Assembly (NCBI RefSeq): GCF_009914755.1
Contig: NC_060947.1
Length of the DNA stretch: 64,000 nucleotides
Origin: the human T2T-CHM13v2.0 reference genome, Homo sapiens
Reading direction: 5' to 3' (one strand)
Shown: positions 1 through 12,287 of the stretch, in pieces
How positions within the stretch are numbered: position 1 is the first letter of the stretch
Layout of the letters: every line of letters starts with the position of its first letter
Translations under genes and position numbers: made by a program
Notes under the pieces: model-generated
The model's database searches: none
Seen by the model: only the letters and a program-made list of their open reading frames with translations
Told to the model about the DNA's origin: nothing

Positions 1-470
1 TTGCTCTCCTGAGCTCCTAGCCATTTATCCAGCTTTCTTTTGGATATAACCACCAGGATGGTCCACACAGACCTCAGTCTCAATAAGAAAATCTCAAAGT
101 TGCCAGATGTAAACATATCATCTCCCTACACCTTAAGCTTGCTCCCTCATCTTCATTCCACATCTCAGTTTATCACATCACTGTCTATAGAGACACCTAA
201 GCCAGATACCTGGGAATAATCATAGCCTCCTTTTATTCTCATTCCCCATATCTAATGAAGCATGATGTCTTATGAATACTAACTCTTAAATAACTCTCAA
301 AACTTCTCCCTTCTCTTCATTCCTGCTGCCTCTGCCTCTCAGTTCATGGCCTGAGCTACTATATCAGCTCCTAACAGATCACACCATCTCCTATATCCTC
401 CATACCAACCCCCTTTGTTCACCACTCTATCCAATCTCCATATCATCATCAGAGTCCTCTTTCTTTAAAA
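1..470 (+). mobile_element. LINE-2 3' region (degenerate)
   Basis: Pyrimidine-rich sequence following the L2 3' pattern (ctcctgagctcc...catctcagt...aagccagatacctggga...ctcctaac...catcagagt). Confidence 0.7.
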
Positions 471-1396
471 GTCACTGAGGCTGGTAGAAAGTCAATTATT
501 AGATGACCACACTTAGACCTTCACCCCTAGAGCCAGGAATTTGGTTTGGGACTCTGACTTGCCAACTTGGTTATTTGGGACTCTGACTTGCTGATAGAGA
601 TGTTCAAAGTTTCCAAAGAGAAAAAAAGTACTTACAGCAAATGCCCAAGAATCCACCTGCATCTCTCAGAAAGCAACATCTTTCCATTTTTATAGCATGT
701 CCTGTATTGCAAAACTAGAGCACTCTTAGTTATAAATTAACCCCAGCATTAACCCTGGGATGGTATTTTCAAAGCTGATGTACAAAACCAAGGCCAAGAG
801 GAACAAAGCAAAAAATGATAAGGTTTGAACTTTGAGTGATTGCTTTGGCTGCCAGACCCTTCATGTAAAACAAAAGAGAAAGAGGATTGTCAGAGCTGGA
901 GGGGTTTAAGTCCATGCTGGCAAGAGTGTCTTCAGCAGGCAGAATAGGGGCCATAGGCAAAAGCACCAAGAGGCAGCAGGAAAAAGTTCTCACTATTGGG
1001 CCAAACAGCAGTGGAATTGGCAGTTTTTTAAGGGAAAGTTGTACAAAAGCAGAGGCTGGGTGATCCTTTCTAATAGGTTCTGTAGAAATTATACATGCAT
1101 TCGCAGAGGAAATGATGTCAAAGGTAGCTTCCAGCCCTAGACTTCTGATGCTGCAAACATATATGTCTGCTAAGGGGGAAACCAGCCCTGTCTTCTCGTC
1201 ATTAAAATTCCCTGTACCGTCCCCTGGCCACAGGACTCCAAAAGAGGATGCAGAAGGAGTCAAGGAGACTGAAATTAAAGATTCCACTGTCCAGTATTAA
1301 TTGTGTACTGATTATATGCAAAGAAGCAATGGGAACAAAAAGAACTGGACTCAGTCAGGAGACTTGAGTTCAACCTGCTTCTGAAAGTTTCCAGCT

Positions 1397-1450
1397 CTAG
1401 TAGTAGTAGTAGTAGCAGTAGTAGCAGTAGCAGTAGCAGCAACAGCAACT
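1397..1450. repeat. (TAG)n/(CAG)n trinucleotide microsatellite, next to a short MIR-like piece (~1320-1385)
   Basis: Direct reading; it explains the poly-Leu ORF at 1275-1487. Confidence 0.9.
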
Positions 1451-2050
1451 CCTGCTTCTGAGTATTTACTACAGGCATGTGAAGCATTTTACTACAGACA
1501 TTTTGTGAAGCATCAGATTCCAGACCCTGCCAGCTTCAGTACTACATTAAGAATCTATGTGTTAATTTGTAGTGGGAGGGGAGGCAGGGAATGAGGAGCT
1601 AGTTCGAACTAAGCCTAGATGCAGTCTATGGTAGGACTTATAATCCAGGACAAATAGTACTGACTTTACCTTGAGGGCACTGGGAAGCCACTGGGGGATA
1701 GACAGAGGGTGACTCTGTGTACCATTATTTCTTCTTAACAAAACATAGACTAAGCTCCCACTGTGTGGAAAGAACCACAGTCAGCACTGAGGTTTCAGAG
1801 CTGGTTGGTAAATATCAGTCCTGAACCCAAGAGGTCTTTCTAACTACCTGACACCCGCTGCCCATATTGAAGAAGGCACACCTCACAAATGTGATGGTCA
1901 CTAGTACATGTGTCCTAAAGAAAGGGAGTGACAAGCTCAAGTCTCTAGACTGCGAGGTTAGTCCATGTAATATAACACATTGCTCTCTCAGCTACAGCAA
2001 GTCCCTGCAGAGAAAACAGCAAAAGACTGTGTAAAAAGAAAACTTCCAAA

Positions 2051-2070
2051 CCTGTGCCCTCTGGTGGCAT
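2051..2070 (-). promoter_or_regulatory. Candidate CTCF binding motif
   Basis: Reverse complement ATGCCACCAGAGGGCACAGG closely matches the CTCF core CCACCAG(A/G)GGGC(A/G)C and lies in non-repeat DNA. Confidence 0.6.
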
Positions 2071-2234
2071 AGTCAGACAATGGCACAGGTTGTTTTCTGC
2101 TGCTTCTGATTCAGCTGAGCTTTGCTAGCAGGGCTTATCTCCGACATAAGAGAAAGGTACCCTTCCCTCTGCAGACTCCCTTGCCCTGTGCTCTGGCATC
2201 ACAGGCATTAGACCTGTGCCCCTGCCATGTCTCT

Positions 2235-2420
2235 ATGTTGTAACTGTGTAATTTGGGACAAGTTACCTAGTATCCTTGAACCTCAGTTTTCTCACCTCTA
2301 AAGTGGAAATAATAATGATTCCCATGTCATGTGGTTATTGAGAGTATAAAATGAAATTTAGAGGTGGTGTCCAGAAGCTCCTATAATAGTGCCCCGTACA
2401 AAGTGGGGATCCAGAAACAG
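2235..2420 (+). mobile_element. MIR SINE
   Basis: MIR core: tgtgtaatttgggacaagttacc...cctcagttttctcacctctaaagtggaaataataat. Confidence 0.8.
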
Positions 2421-3779
2421 ATAATTCTCTTCCCTTTCTTCTGTTATCATATATTCCCTCACCTCAAGTCTCCATATTCCCTGGGCTTTATCTCTACCCC
2501 CTACTGCTGTTCATTTCTGCTTTCTGCTAATACATTCTCCTTCAGATGCAATTGATTGAGAAGGTGTAAGATCTTGCAAACTTATATTTATCACAATAAT
2601 TTCAGTCTTGTGTAAAGCTGCTAGAGTAGCACATTGAATAAAGACTCTCTAGGAAGTTTTACCATATCAATAAATTCAATCAGATCTAAAATTATATATC
2701 TCCTTTTTTGAATGAACACCCTCATAATTATTCCCACACAAATTTTATTTTAGAAATGTTCAACGTTCCACAGTTCTTTCAGTTTGTAAACACTTTTCTC
2801 ATTGTTTTGATATTTGATCCTCCACCCTAGTCTGGAGAGAAATGATGGGATCTTACTCTGCTTACAGGTCTGGAGACAACAATAGTTGTGAGATGGTGGC
2901 ATTAGGAAAATTGGCTTCTTTTTGCAATTTAAGTCTCACGGGCAAGGAAATTACCGGGTGTGTAAGCAAAGGAGAAACAGCTGCATTGGACAAAGAGAAA
3001 GACTGCTTTTGCTGGCAAGAGAGGCTCAGTGGGGATTTGGAGTTGAGGTTCTTTTAACTCTCTCAACTGTCCTATTCTTGAATTTTTACTCTTTGCATTT
3101 CAGTGACTAATTTCGACAAAACCGACATCAATGTTGAGAAATCAACAAATTCTGTAATTTGGTAATACACAGGATCAAATGGCAAGCATAGGATTTGGCT
3201 AACTTAGCTCTCCAGAAATTATATTTACATGTTCCCTGTCTTCCATATATTCCTGGAGCACTTGAGCCAAGAAATTAGGCTTCTGAGCAAGAATTTAGGC
3301 TTCTTTTTTAAAGCTTTCTAGTGCCATCATAAGCATCCACTTCACCTCACAATCTATTAACTACTTACATTTTTCAGACTTCTCTATGGCAGCAATGAGG
3401 TCTTCTAAAGCCAGGCCTTCCAAAGGCTTTACATTTTAGAGAACCACTTAATTAAATGATATGCTCTTTCATTTCATGGGCTGCCATATTCCCCTTATAG
3501 AACACAAATGGAGTTTTCAACTACCTTTAGCCCTAATGGGGCAGAAAATCAACTTCAAAATTCCCCAATTTCCTTAAATTTTGTTGCATGAAACCTAATT
3601 TCTGTTATCAATGTCTGTATTAGTTATAGTACTTGGATCTAAATAACAGTAACTGCTGTTGCTAACCTTAAAATAAAAGACACTTATTGAAGGATATACA
3701 TTTACCCAAAATGAAAAGGAATGCCAAAGAAACTTGCTCATTTTGTATGGAGAAAAACATGGGGACAGAGGTATGAATT

Positions 3780-5445
3780 TATCCCACTTCATAGACAATG
3801 GTTAATAGTTTGGCTGGAAGTCCTTTGGAAAGGACATGATTATAAAATAAGTGATAAACAAGTGTAGGGAAGAGGTATATGTGGCTATCTCTGCAAATGG
3901 GCATATGATATAAAGATATTCAGGTTTCATGTGAATACTCACCAAAGAACAACCTCAGCAGAGAAGTTTAATAATCAGGGGGATAAGATGATGCATTCTG
4001 TGGATTTCAGGCAGCCTCTTTCCCAGACACTCTTGTCTTTGTTTGATGTGTTCATGAAGAAAGTGGTCATACCAGCCAGGATGAAGCTTGTGAGTGGGCT
4101 CAGAATCATGGACCTCCATGCACCAAAGTCAATTTGGCTACAACTTCAGCGGATACCAAAACTAAGATTCCAATATGGCATTATTCCTCAGAAGGACTTG
4201 CAAGCTACATGTTTTGAACTTGATTACATTGGACCACTTCCATCTTGGAAGGGGTATTGTTTTGTTCTCACAAGAATACACAATGACTCTAAATGTGACA
4301 TTACCACTTCGCCTGCAAAGCTTGTGCCAAAACTACCATCTGAGGATTTACTGGCTGCCTTATCTACCATCATGGTATTTTATACAGAGTCCCTTCTGGT
4401 CCAACAACTGATCTCATACCAGAGTGTGGCAATGTGCCAACTCATAAAATTCACTGACCTTACCATGTTACCTATCACCCTGAAGCAGCTGGCCAATCGA
4501 GAGTGGAATGCCTTTGATGACTCAGTTACAGAGCCAGCTAGATGATATTTTGCAGGGTTGGCCCATGTCCTCTGTAATGTGGTATATGTTTTAAGTTAGT
4601 GTCCAAAATGTGGTGCTGATTCTCCCATAGCCAGGAATCCTAGGTTAGGGAATCAAGGAATGACATTAATTTTAGATCTACTCATTATTTCCCTACTGAT
4701 CCACTAGTAAAATTACTTTTCTCATCCCTGTAACTTAGGTCGTCCTGATTTAGAGGCCTTAATTCGAATGGTTGAATGATTCCACCACAGGTTGCAGCAA
4801 TGCTTCTAATGAATTTATAGCTGAGATTGACATCTGGTGACTTTGAGTACTTGTGCCACTGAATAAATAGCAAAATAAGGGGGCTACAGTACTTACTGTT
4901 ATGGTAGATCTTGAATATCAAGAAGAAATTGCATTGCTACACATAATGAGGATCTGTAATGCAGGTGTTCCCCATGGATGTCTCTTAGTACTTCCATATT
5001 CTGTGACTAAAGTCAATGGAAAATTATAGCAACCCATACAAACAGGACTTTTAATGGCTCAGACACTCGAGAAATGAAGATTGGGTCACATCTCCAGTCG
5101 AGGAAGCTCAACCAGGTAAGGTGCTTGTTGAGGGCAAAGGCAATATGGAATGGGTTAATGGAAGAAGGTAGTTAAGGAAGAAAGTTGTTAAAAACATCAA
5201 TTTTGATCTTCTGGCTAGTTGCAAAACCCAATACTACAATAGTTAGGAGTACTTCCTTATGTTGATATCAAGATATCTGTGTTTATATTAATCATTTTGC
5301 TTCCACCTTCCTATTCCTCTATTCCTTCCTATTTACATAAGATGTGTTAATTGTAATTAATTTTATATGACAGTATCCAAGTTACTGGATGTCAAAGAGG
5401 ACTCAAAGGAATAAGGAATGTCAGCCAAAGATGGATAAAGGGACT
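3780..5445 (+). mobile_element. ERVL internal fragment (RNase H end, integrase, dUTPase region), decayed
   Basis: ORF 3931-4545 contains HQRTTSAEKFNNQGDKM and DYIGPLPSWKG..FVLT, characteristic of HERV-L-type integrase; frameshifted. Confidence 0.85.
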
Positions 5446-5745
5446 GTATTAGACCATTCAGGCTGCCACAACAAAATACCATAACCTGGTGGCTTAATAA
5501 ACAACAGGAATTTATTTCTTACAGTTCTAAAGGCTGAAGAGGCCAAGGTCAAGGTGCCAACAAATTCAGTGTTTGGTAAGAAAATGCTTTCTGGTGCATA
5601 GAGGGTGCTCATTTTGCTGTGTCCTCACATGGTAGAAAGGATGAAAGCTCACTCTTGGACTTCTTTTATAAGAGCACTAATACCATTTTTGAAGGCTATG
5701 TCCCTGACCTAATAACCTTTTGAAGGCCCCACCTCCTAATATCTT
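5446..5745 (-). mobile_element. MLT1-type (ERVL-MaLR) LTR fragment
   Basis: tgtattag...ggctgccacaacaaaataccata...ggtggcttaataaacaacaggaatttatttcttacagttct...gtcaaggtgcca. Confidence 0.75.
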
Positions 5746-5777
5746 GCATTTTCTTTATTATAAATCCCTTATTTCAG

Positions 5778-5780
5778 ACA

Positions 5781-5811
<31 letters not shown>
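5778..5811. repeat. (GA)n microsatellite
   Basis: Direct reading. Confidence 0.95.
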
Positions 5812-6289
5812 TAAAGGAAGCTCTCAGACAACAAGTGCATTTTGAGGAGAGTAAAGTGAAAACTGTGCTCCCAATTCAGAGGTCTTTAGCCTATCTTTTG
5901 AAATCCACCTTAAGTTCTCCTTCTCTCTTTCCTGAGAAAAGCTCACCCACTGAGATCCTTCCTGATTCTTTCAGCTACACAATTTTTTTTAGTCAATGTA
6001 TTACATGTAAAGATGCTTAAATCATGGATCCATTTCATATTCAGCATTTCCCCCCAGCTTTGATCCCCTTATTTCTAGAGACTGTGGCACCCACTTCTCA
6101 GTCTGACCATGTTTGTGATCAAGAGCTGGGTAGGGGGATAGAGACAAGCTGAAATGATCCTTTCAGTATCCCTCTACTTGGGGGTATTGAGTTCCTCTGT
6201 GGCTGGTTAATTAACCTTAAGTTGTTAAGCTGCCCCAGAAGCTGGATAAGAAAAAAGGAATACAGCCTCAAATGCAAATTGAACGTCAT

Positions 6290-6440
6290 AAAATCTTAGT
6301 TTGAGGCTTGACTCCACCACTAACTAGCATGACATTTGGCAAGCCAGTTATCTGCTCTGGTCCTCGGTTTCTCCATTTGAAAAAGCATGGGCTTAGATGA
6401 CATCTCTAAGGCACATTCCTGCTCTGGCATTCTGAGAGAA
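6290..6440 (+). mobile_element. MIR SINE
   Basis: ctccaccactaactagcatgacatttggcaagccagtta...cctcggtttctccatttgaaaa. Confidence 0.7.
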
Positions 6441-6509
6441 TCTAAAATTTTTCTCTCGTGTGCCCTCCCATTATAGAAAATGCAAAGGAGTGCATAGCCA
6501 CAAACCAGG

Positions 6510-6840
6510 GATGAGGAGAAGAATTATTCAACAAATAGTGTTGTGTGTTAATTATTTTTTTTAAATCATCTGAGATTTCAATCTTATACCAAGTGCCAAT
6601 GTTAATTCCAGATGCATAAAGGAGTTGAATGGAAAAGTTCAGAAAACTTCCAAATAAGAAGAAAATATAAAATAAGATATATTTTACCTTTTGATAATTT
6701 GGAAGTTTATAAATAAAGGAAATGAACACATTAAAAAAACTGTTTATAGATTTTGAAACATAAAATTGAAAAACTGTGTACTTAGATATATTAATATTTT
6801 TAGCATGTAAAAAACAAACCAGGAGAAATATTTGTTAGGC
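6510..6840 (+). mobile_element. Old L1M ORF2 3' fragment
   Basis: ttattcaacaaatagtgttg...cttatacca...ttaattccagatg; A-rich. Confidence 0.5.
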
Positions 6841-7055
6841 AAGTGGTGAATAGCCTAAATACAATCCTATGTCATCCTATTTCAAACCTTGACTAAAGAG
6901 AAGGCATGAATTCTTAACACAGTTATCCAGGGAATAATTGCTTAAACCCCATGTACATGGGAAAAATTGATTGCTCCAAAGTCAAATTAGAAGATTCATT
7001 CTGAAGGCCTGAGAGACTAATCAGTAACTTCTCTCCAATAAATAAACAATGAGAT

Positions 7056-7487
7056 TGTGAAAGAAAATGAAGTAAGTAAGGCTAAATCTTTCTAAAGAGG
7101 GGTCAAGAAATCCTTTTGAGAGGAATGCACACTCACACCTGCTAAAGGTCAACCACGGAATGTTCCAATAGACTTGGATAAGCAACAGAAGTCAGTATTA
7201 GGCTTTTGACATCTCTCAGCTGGGAGTACTCTAATTAATTAACTAGTCGAAAGGGGCTAATTTAGGATATAGGATTTCTGACTAGCCAATGAACTGCCTC
7301 CAAAAAAAACTTTTTGTGGAAATCCCCTGTTAAAAAAAAATCTTCTCCTGTCCTTGCCTTATGTGATACTATTATTATTCAGGGCTTCCCTGATTCCAAG
7401 TATCTGAGTTACACTTCTTTGTCTCCAAAATAAATGCTATTTATTTTCACCTCCGTGTCAGTCTTTTTTTTTTCTTTAAAGTTAACA
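7056..7487 (+). mobile_element. 5' LTR of the ERV1 provirus
   Basis: Colinear with 11734-12139; TG...CA ends; AATAAA at ~7429. Confidence 0.85.
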
Positions 7488-10400
7488 TAGCTAATGTCAG
7501 AAGTGGAACTCAAAATGATCTTATGTTGGAGTAGATTGGCATTTTCTGGAACAGAGCTCCTTGTGCTCTCTGCTTTCTTGAATTGCAGGCACCCTCTCTC
7601 ATAAATCTTCTCAGGCTCCTACCTCCTTCCCTTTGGTTGAGGTCAGCACCTTTATTTGGGAATTTGAGGATGGTTGTTCCATTTGTGGAAGCAAAATGTG
7701 AGTTTTCCTATTGATGAGTATTATCTTAAGTGTGATATTCTTTAATTCTAAATCTCATAATGATTTTCCTTCTTCTGGGACTCCAGCTGGTAATATGTCC
7801 AAAAATTATGGGCCCTCCTCTTGTATTTATTTGGAACAGTGCACATTATATACAAAAGATACATTAGAACTGCAGTGGCCAAATTGAGGTTCCTTTGATA
7901 TGTCAAAACGAGGTTTTCTCCAAACTAAATTAGAAGACTATGGTTCTAAAACAAAACAACCTGAATGTGGTGCATATTTTAATGGGCATTTAGAGGCATC
8001 CGAATGCATTCAGGACTCTAAAACTGCCTGTCTCCAAAACAGTCTGTAAACTCACTAATAAAAAATGGAAAGAGAAGGAAATTGTCCTTGAGACTCAAGT
8101 TTCTTCCACCAAATCTCATTCCCCGACTCTTTCTGTTCCCCTGTTTTTATATCATACACTTGCTGAACTTCCCTTTTATTCTTATGATCCCAAAGTTTCC
8201 CTTGATTCCCTAAATTTATTCTTTCAAACTCTGCCCAAATAATGAGGGCACTCTCTTAAACATTTCATATGTATTCTGAACAAAAGCCGAATTTAGGGCT
8301 ATGGCTAAAGATTTCCTCAAGGTTACTGAGGACTGTCATAAATTAGCTGAAGAATTTTAAATTCTTATCTAAACTGATGAAACTGATTTCTCTACTATTT
8401 GCCAATTAACACTCATTGGAGAAGGTCAAGCACACATTGGATGGCTAAAGCAGGCTGAAACAATCCTCTTATGGGCCTCCAATTCAGTATATTCTCCAAC
8501 AGAGGAAAACGTCCAAGAAAGAGCCAAAATTTTCTAGTAAGTTATTTCTTTAGCATTCCCTAAACCAGTAGATTGTAACAAGATTCAGGCTTGCACCCAA
8601 AATGAAGGTGAGGCTGTACATGATTATTCCCATAGATTTGAAATAGTTTTCAAGGAAAACTCTGGACTTGACTCAGATACCAAATCTACCAAAGTGGCTT
8701 TTAATTCTGTATTCATAAATGGCTTAGATAAAGATCTTGTAATTCTAGTTAAAGGGACTCAATTTATTTGGGAAATAATGTTCACCTCTGATTTAGTTAA
8801 CCTGGTCAACCAATTAGCCCAAACAATTTCTAAGACAAATAAATAAAAAAGAAAATAATGAATCTACAGTAATTTTCAACCCCCATAATAAAACATGGCA
8901 GTCTAACATTAGGAATCCAAATCTTAAAGGGGTCTTCCACCAAAGCAAAAAGACCTGGACATTGATGAAAATATTGTGTACAATTAAAACATGCCAAAGG
9001 ATACCTTAATAAACTGCCCTCCATGTTCCTTATGGATTGAGGGTGTTCTGAGAAAACACATGAGATCTTTCAGATCTTGCCTCTTAATCACTTGAGTGAA
9101 ACTTCCCTAATGATTGGAGAGGAAGGTTTCACTGTCCTTATTGACACTGAAGCCACCCTTTCTGTGGTTAGCCCCACCAGCCTCAAGCAACCATTCCTTG
9201 GAGTACTGAAAAAATGCAAATTGTGGGAGTTTCTAATACATCTTTAACAATTTACAAATATTTACCCTTGATTTTTCAAATAGGTCCTCTCCAGGATAGT
9301 CATTCTTTTTTAATAGTTCCCTTAGTCACAGTTTACTTACTTAGAAAAGATTTCTTAGAAAAATATCATGCTGTCATTTTCTTTCCCAAAAGGGGGAGAT
9401 AATTCTTGAAATTGACTCAACCCCTGCTTTAACTGACAAGAGTAAAAATTATTCAACATCCTTGCACATTTTTGCCTTTAGCCTTAATAACAAAAATGCT
9501 GAGTGTTAAGTCTTTTAAAAGAGGTTCCTAAGCAACTTTGGGCTAAATCCACAACAGACAATGGACATACCCACCTGGCTCCCCAAATAGAGATTCAAAT
9601 TGACCCAAACAAGCCTGTTACTAATATCAGAAAAAACCCCATAAGCCCTTAAACTTTTGTAGGAATTAAACAAATAATAGAAGAACACAAAGCAAAAAAA
9701 AAAAAAAAAAAATCATCGTGCCTTGCACTAGCCCCTGAAATAACTCCTATCCTTCCTGTGAAGAAACCTCATGAATGAAGATGGAAATTTATACAAGACC
9801 TAAAAGCTATTAATAACATTGTCATTCCTTGACATCCTGCCTTTTCAAACTTCTAAACCCTCCTAACTTCCATTCCCACAGAAAGTAAATTTTTTACAGT
9901 GATAGACCTTCGTAGTGCATTTTTATAGCATTACTGTGGACCCTGAGAGTTAATTTTTATTTGCCTTCACATGGGAAGGACAACAATATATCTGGACAGT
10001 AATGCCTCAAAAGCATACTGAAAGACCCTCTTACTTTTCATAAATACTATAAGCAGATTTAGCAGTCATACCCCGAGGATCGACTCTCTTGCAGTATGTT
10101 GATGACCTTCTTTTTTCCTCTTCTAAACAGGCTTGTGAACATGATAATGTTCATCTTCTTAAACTTGTAGCAGACAAAAGCCTAACGTTTCCAGAGAAAA
10201 ACTCCAATTTACTCAGGTTCATGTCAAATATTTAGGACACTTGACATCAAACCAGTGACTACTCTTAGATCCTTAGAGCATTTTAAACTTTCCTCAACCT
10301 CAGATTGAGAAAATAATGAGGGTTTGGGGGCCTGGCAATGTACTGTCAAAACTGGATATCTGATTTTTCTTTGATAACTCAACCCTTAATGCTCTTCTGA

Positions 10401-10513
10401 AATTTAACAAACCAGCATCCCAGGACTGGGAAGATAATGTCTGTATAGGCTTCTATCAATAAAAGGACTTCTAAGTCTTCCTGCCACAGTACCATAAATG
10501 CCAATTATGAGCT

Positions 10514-10528
10514 CTTTCTTTCTTTCCT

Positions 10529-10593
<65 letters not shown>

Positions 10594-10602
10594 TTTCTTT
10601 TT
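10514..10602. repeat. (TTTC)n microsatellite expanded inside ERV pol
   Basis: Direct reading. Confidence 0.95.
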
Positions 10603-11733
10603 CATGAAAGAGAAGGAAATGAATTGGGGATCCTTATACAAAAAAATGTAGATCAACACAGGGCTGTTATTGCAAGCAATTACATTCCATAGCTAAGGGA
10701 TTCCTTCCCTTCATGAGAGTGATAACAGCCTCCATGGCTTTAACTAAATCTGTAGAAGAGATAGTCATGGGCTCTCCTCTCATTACCCACATTCTGTTCC
10801 TTATGCTGTAGAAGCCTTACTGAACTTTCATCATGCTTAACATCTTTCTGCAAGCAGACTCACTTCTTAAGAGATCTTGCTGCTTCCTTTCTCCTCATGT
10901 AATTCTTTCTCATTGCAACAACTTTAATCCAGCAACCCTTCTTACCATACCTGATAAGGGGATACCTCATGACTGTCTAAATCTAATTGGCCAGCCACTC
11001 AAACCTGGAGGTGATTTACAAAAAAATTCCTATACTAAATGGAGAACTATTATAGTTTACTGATGGATCCTATGTAACAGATGATGAAGGAAAATATCAT
11101 GCTGGATATGCTATTACTACCCTTTTAAAAATGATCAACTTATTTTATATAGCTTTCTTGAAACTCTTGGTTTTTGACTTCTACTGCCTTGCACAAAAGA
11201 AATGCCTTGAATTATATCTTGGCTGAGCAAGGAGGTGTTTGCACTGTGGCCAATAACTCCTGTTACACTTAAATAAATACTTCTAACAAAGTAGAACCTG
11301 AATTGAACAAAATCCATGCACATGCTAATTAGCTAAGTAGAGTACCCACCATACGTTTGCCTTTTTTTAAATCTCTTCAACTGACTAACCTCTAAAGTCA
11401 GAAAGTAAGTAAAATCCAGTCTTCAACTCTTGTTACTCACTGTGTGGTTGTTGTTGCTATTATTGTAATATGTAAGTTACCTATGATACTCCTTACCCAA
11501 TATTTCTTAGAAATAACAACCAAAGTAACAGTCATTTAGAAGATCAACATGGTCAATCATGCATATTATTGAAAAAACACCTCCCCTCTGATAACTTTTT
11601 TAGGTCCTAAACAGGCTTGATTCCTCTCCTCTCATAACCACTTTGTTACTCAAATGTGGTGACAAGGGACAAAATCAGACTTGTCAATTGATCTGTGAGT
11701 GTCTGGAGAAAAATCATGATTAAAAAGCAGAAA

Positions 11734-12139
11734 TCTGAAAGAAAATGAAGTAATTAAGGCTAAGGCTTTCTAAAGTGGAGTCGGGAGATTTTGAGAGGAT
11801 TGCACTCACACATGCTAAAGGTCAACCACAGAATATTCCAATAGACTTGGATAAACAACTGAAGTCAGTATCCACCAGACTCCAATATTTCTCAGCAGGG
11901 TGTACCAAATTAACCAATCAGAATGGGTTAGCAATTTAGGATTTCTGTCTAGCCAATGAACAGCCTCTAAAATCACCTTCTTTTGAAAATCCCCTGAAAA
12001 AAAAAAGCTCTCCTGTGCTTGTCTTATGGGACACTATTCAGGGCTTCCCTGATTCAGGGTACAGGAATTGCAATTCTTCATCTTCCAAATAAATGTTATT
12101 TCCTTTGATCTCTGTGTCAATCATTTTTTTTAGTTAACA
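11734..12139 (+). mobile_element. 3' LTR of the ERV1 provirus
   Basis: Colinear with 7056-7487. Confidence 0.85.
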
Positions 12140-12187
12140 GGACAAAAATATTGATATAATTTATACATGTATATCATATCAAACTAT

Positions 12188-12287
12188 GAAAAGTGCTTAC
12201 ATATGCATTATCTCATTTGATTGTCAGAATAACCTTGTGAGGTAGCTAGGATTTGTTTCCCTAACTTGACAATTGAGAATACCGAGT
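12188..12287 (-). mobile_element. MIR, left half (right half resumes at ~15576-15680)
   Basis: gtgcttacatatgcattatctcatttgatt...aataaccttgtgaggtag; resumes as gaagcctagaaatgataagtgac...aaggtc. Confidence 0.65.

Larger units (their letters stand above)
7056..12139 (+). mobile_element. Class I (ERV1) provirus with both LTRs; decayed gag-pro-pol; integrase and most of env missing
   Basis: Paired ~400-430 bp LTRs (7056-7487, 11734-12139) starting t(g/c)tgaaagaaaatgaagtaa and ending gttaaca; PBS-like tgtcagaagtgg at ~7495; protease LIDTEATLSV ~9137; RT QYVDDLL 10092-10112; RNase H FTDGS ~11056; purine tract before 11734. Confidence 0.9.

Noticed and set aside
541-591. Short direct repeat tttgggactctgacttgc x2 (similarly aagcacgtagc x2 at ~39735-39760)
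   Set aside because: Ordinary slippage duplications
769-1287. 172-aa minus-strand ORF in unique DNA
   Set aside because: No recognisable domain, splice context or homology; probably a chance ORF
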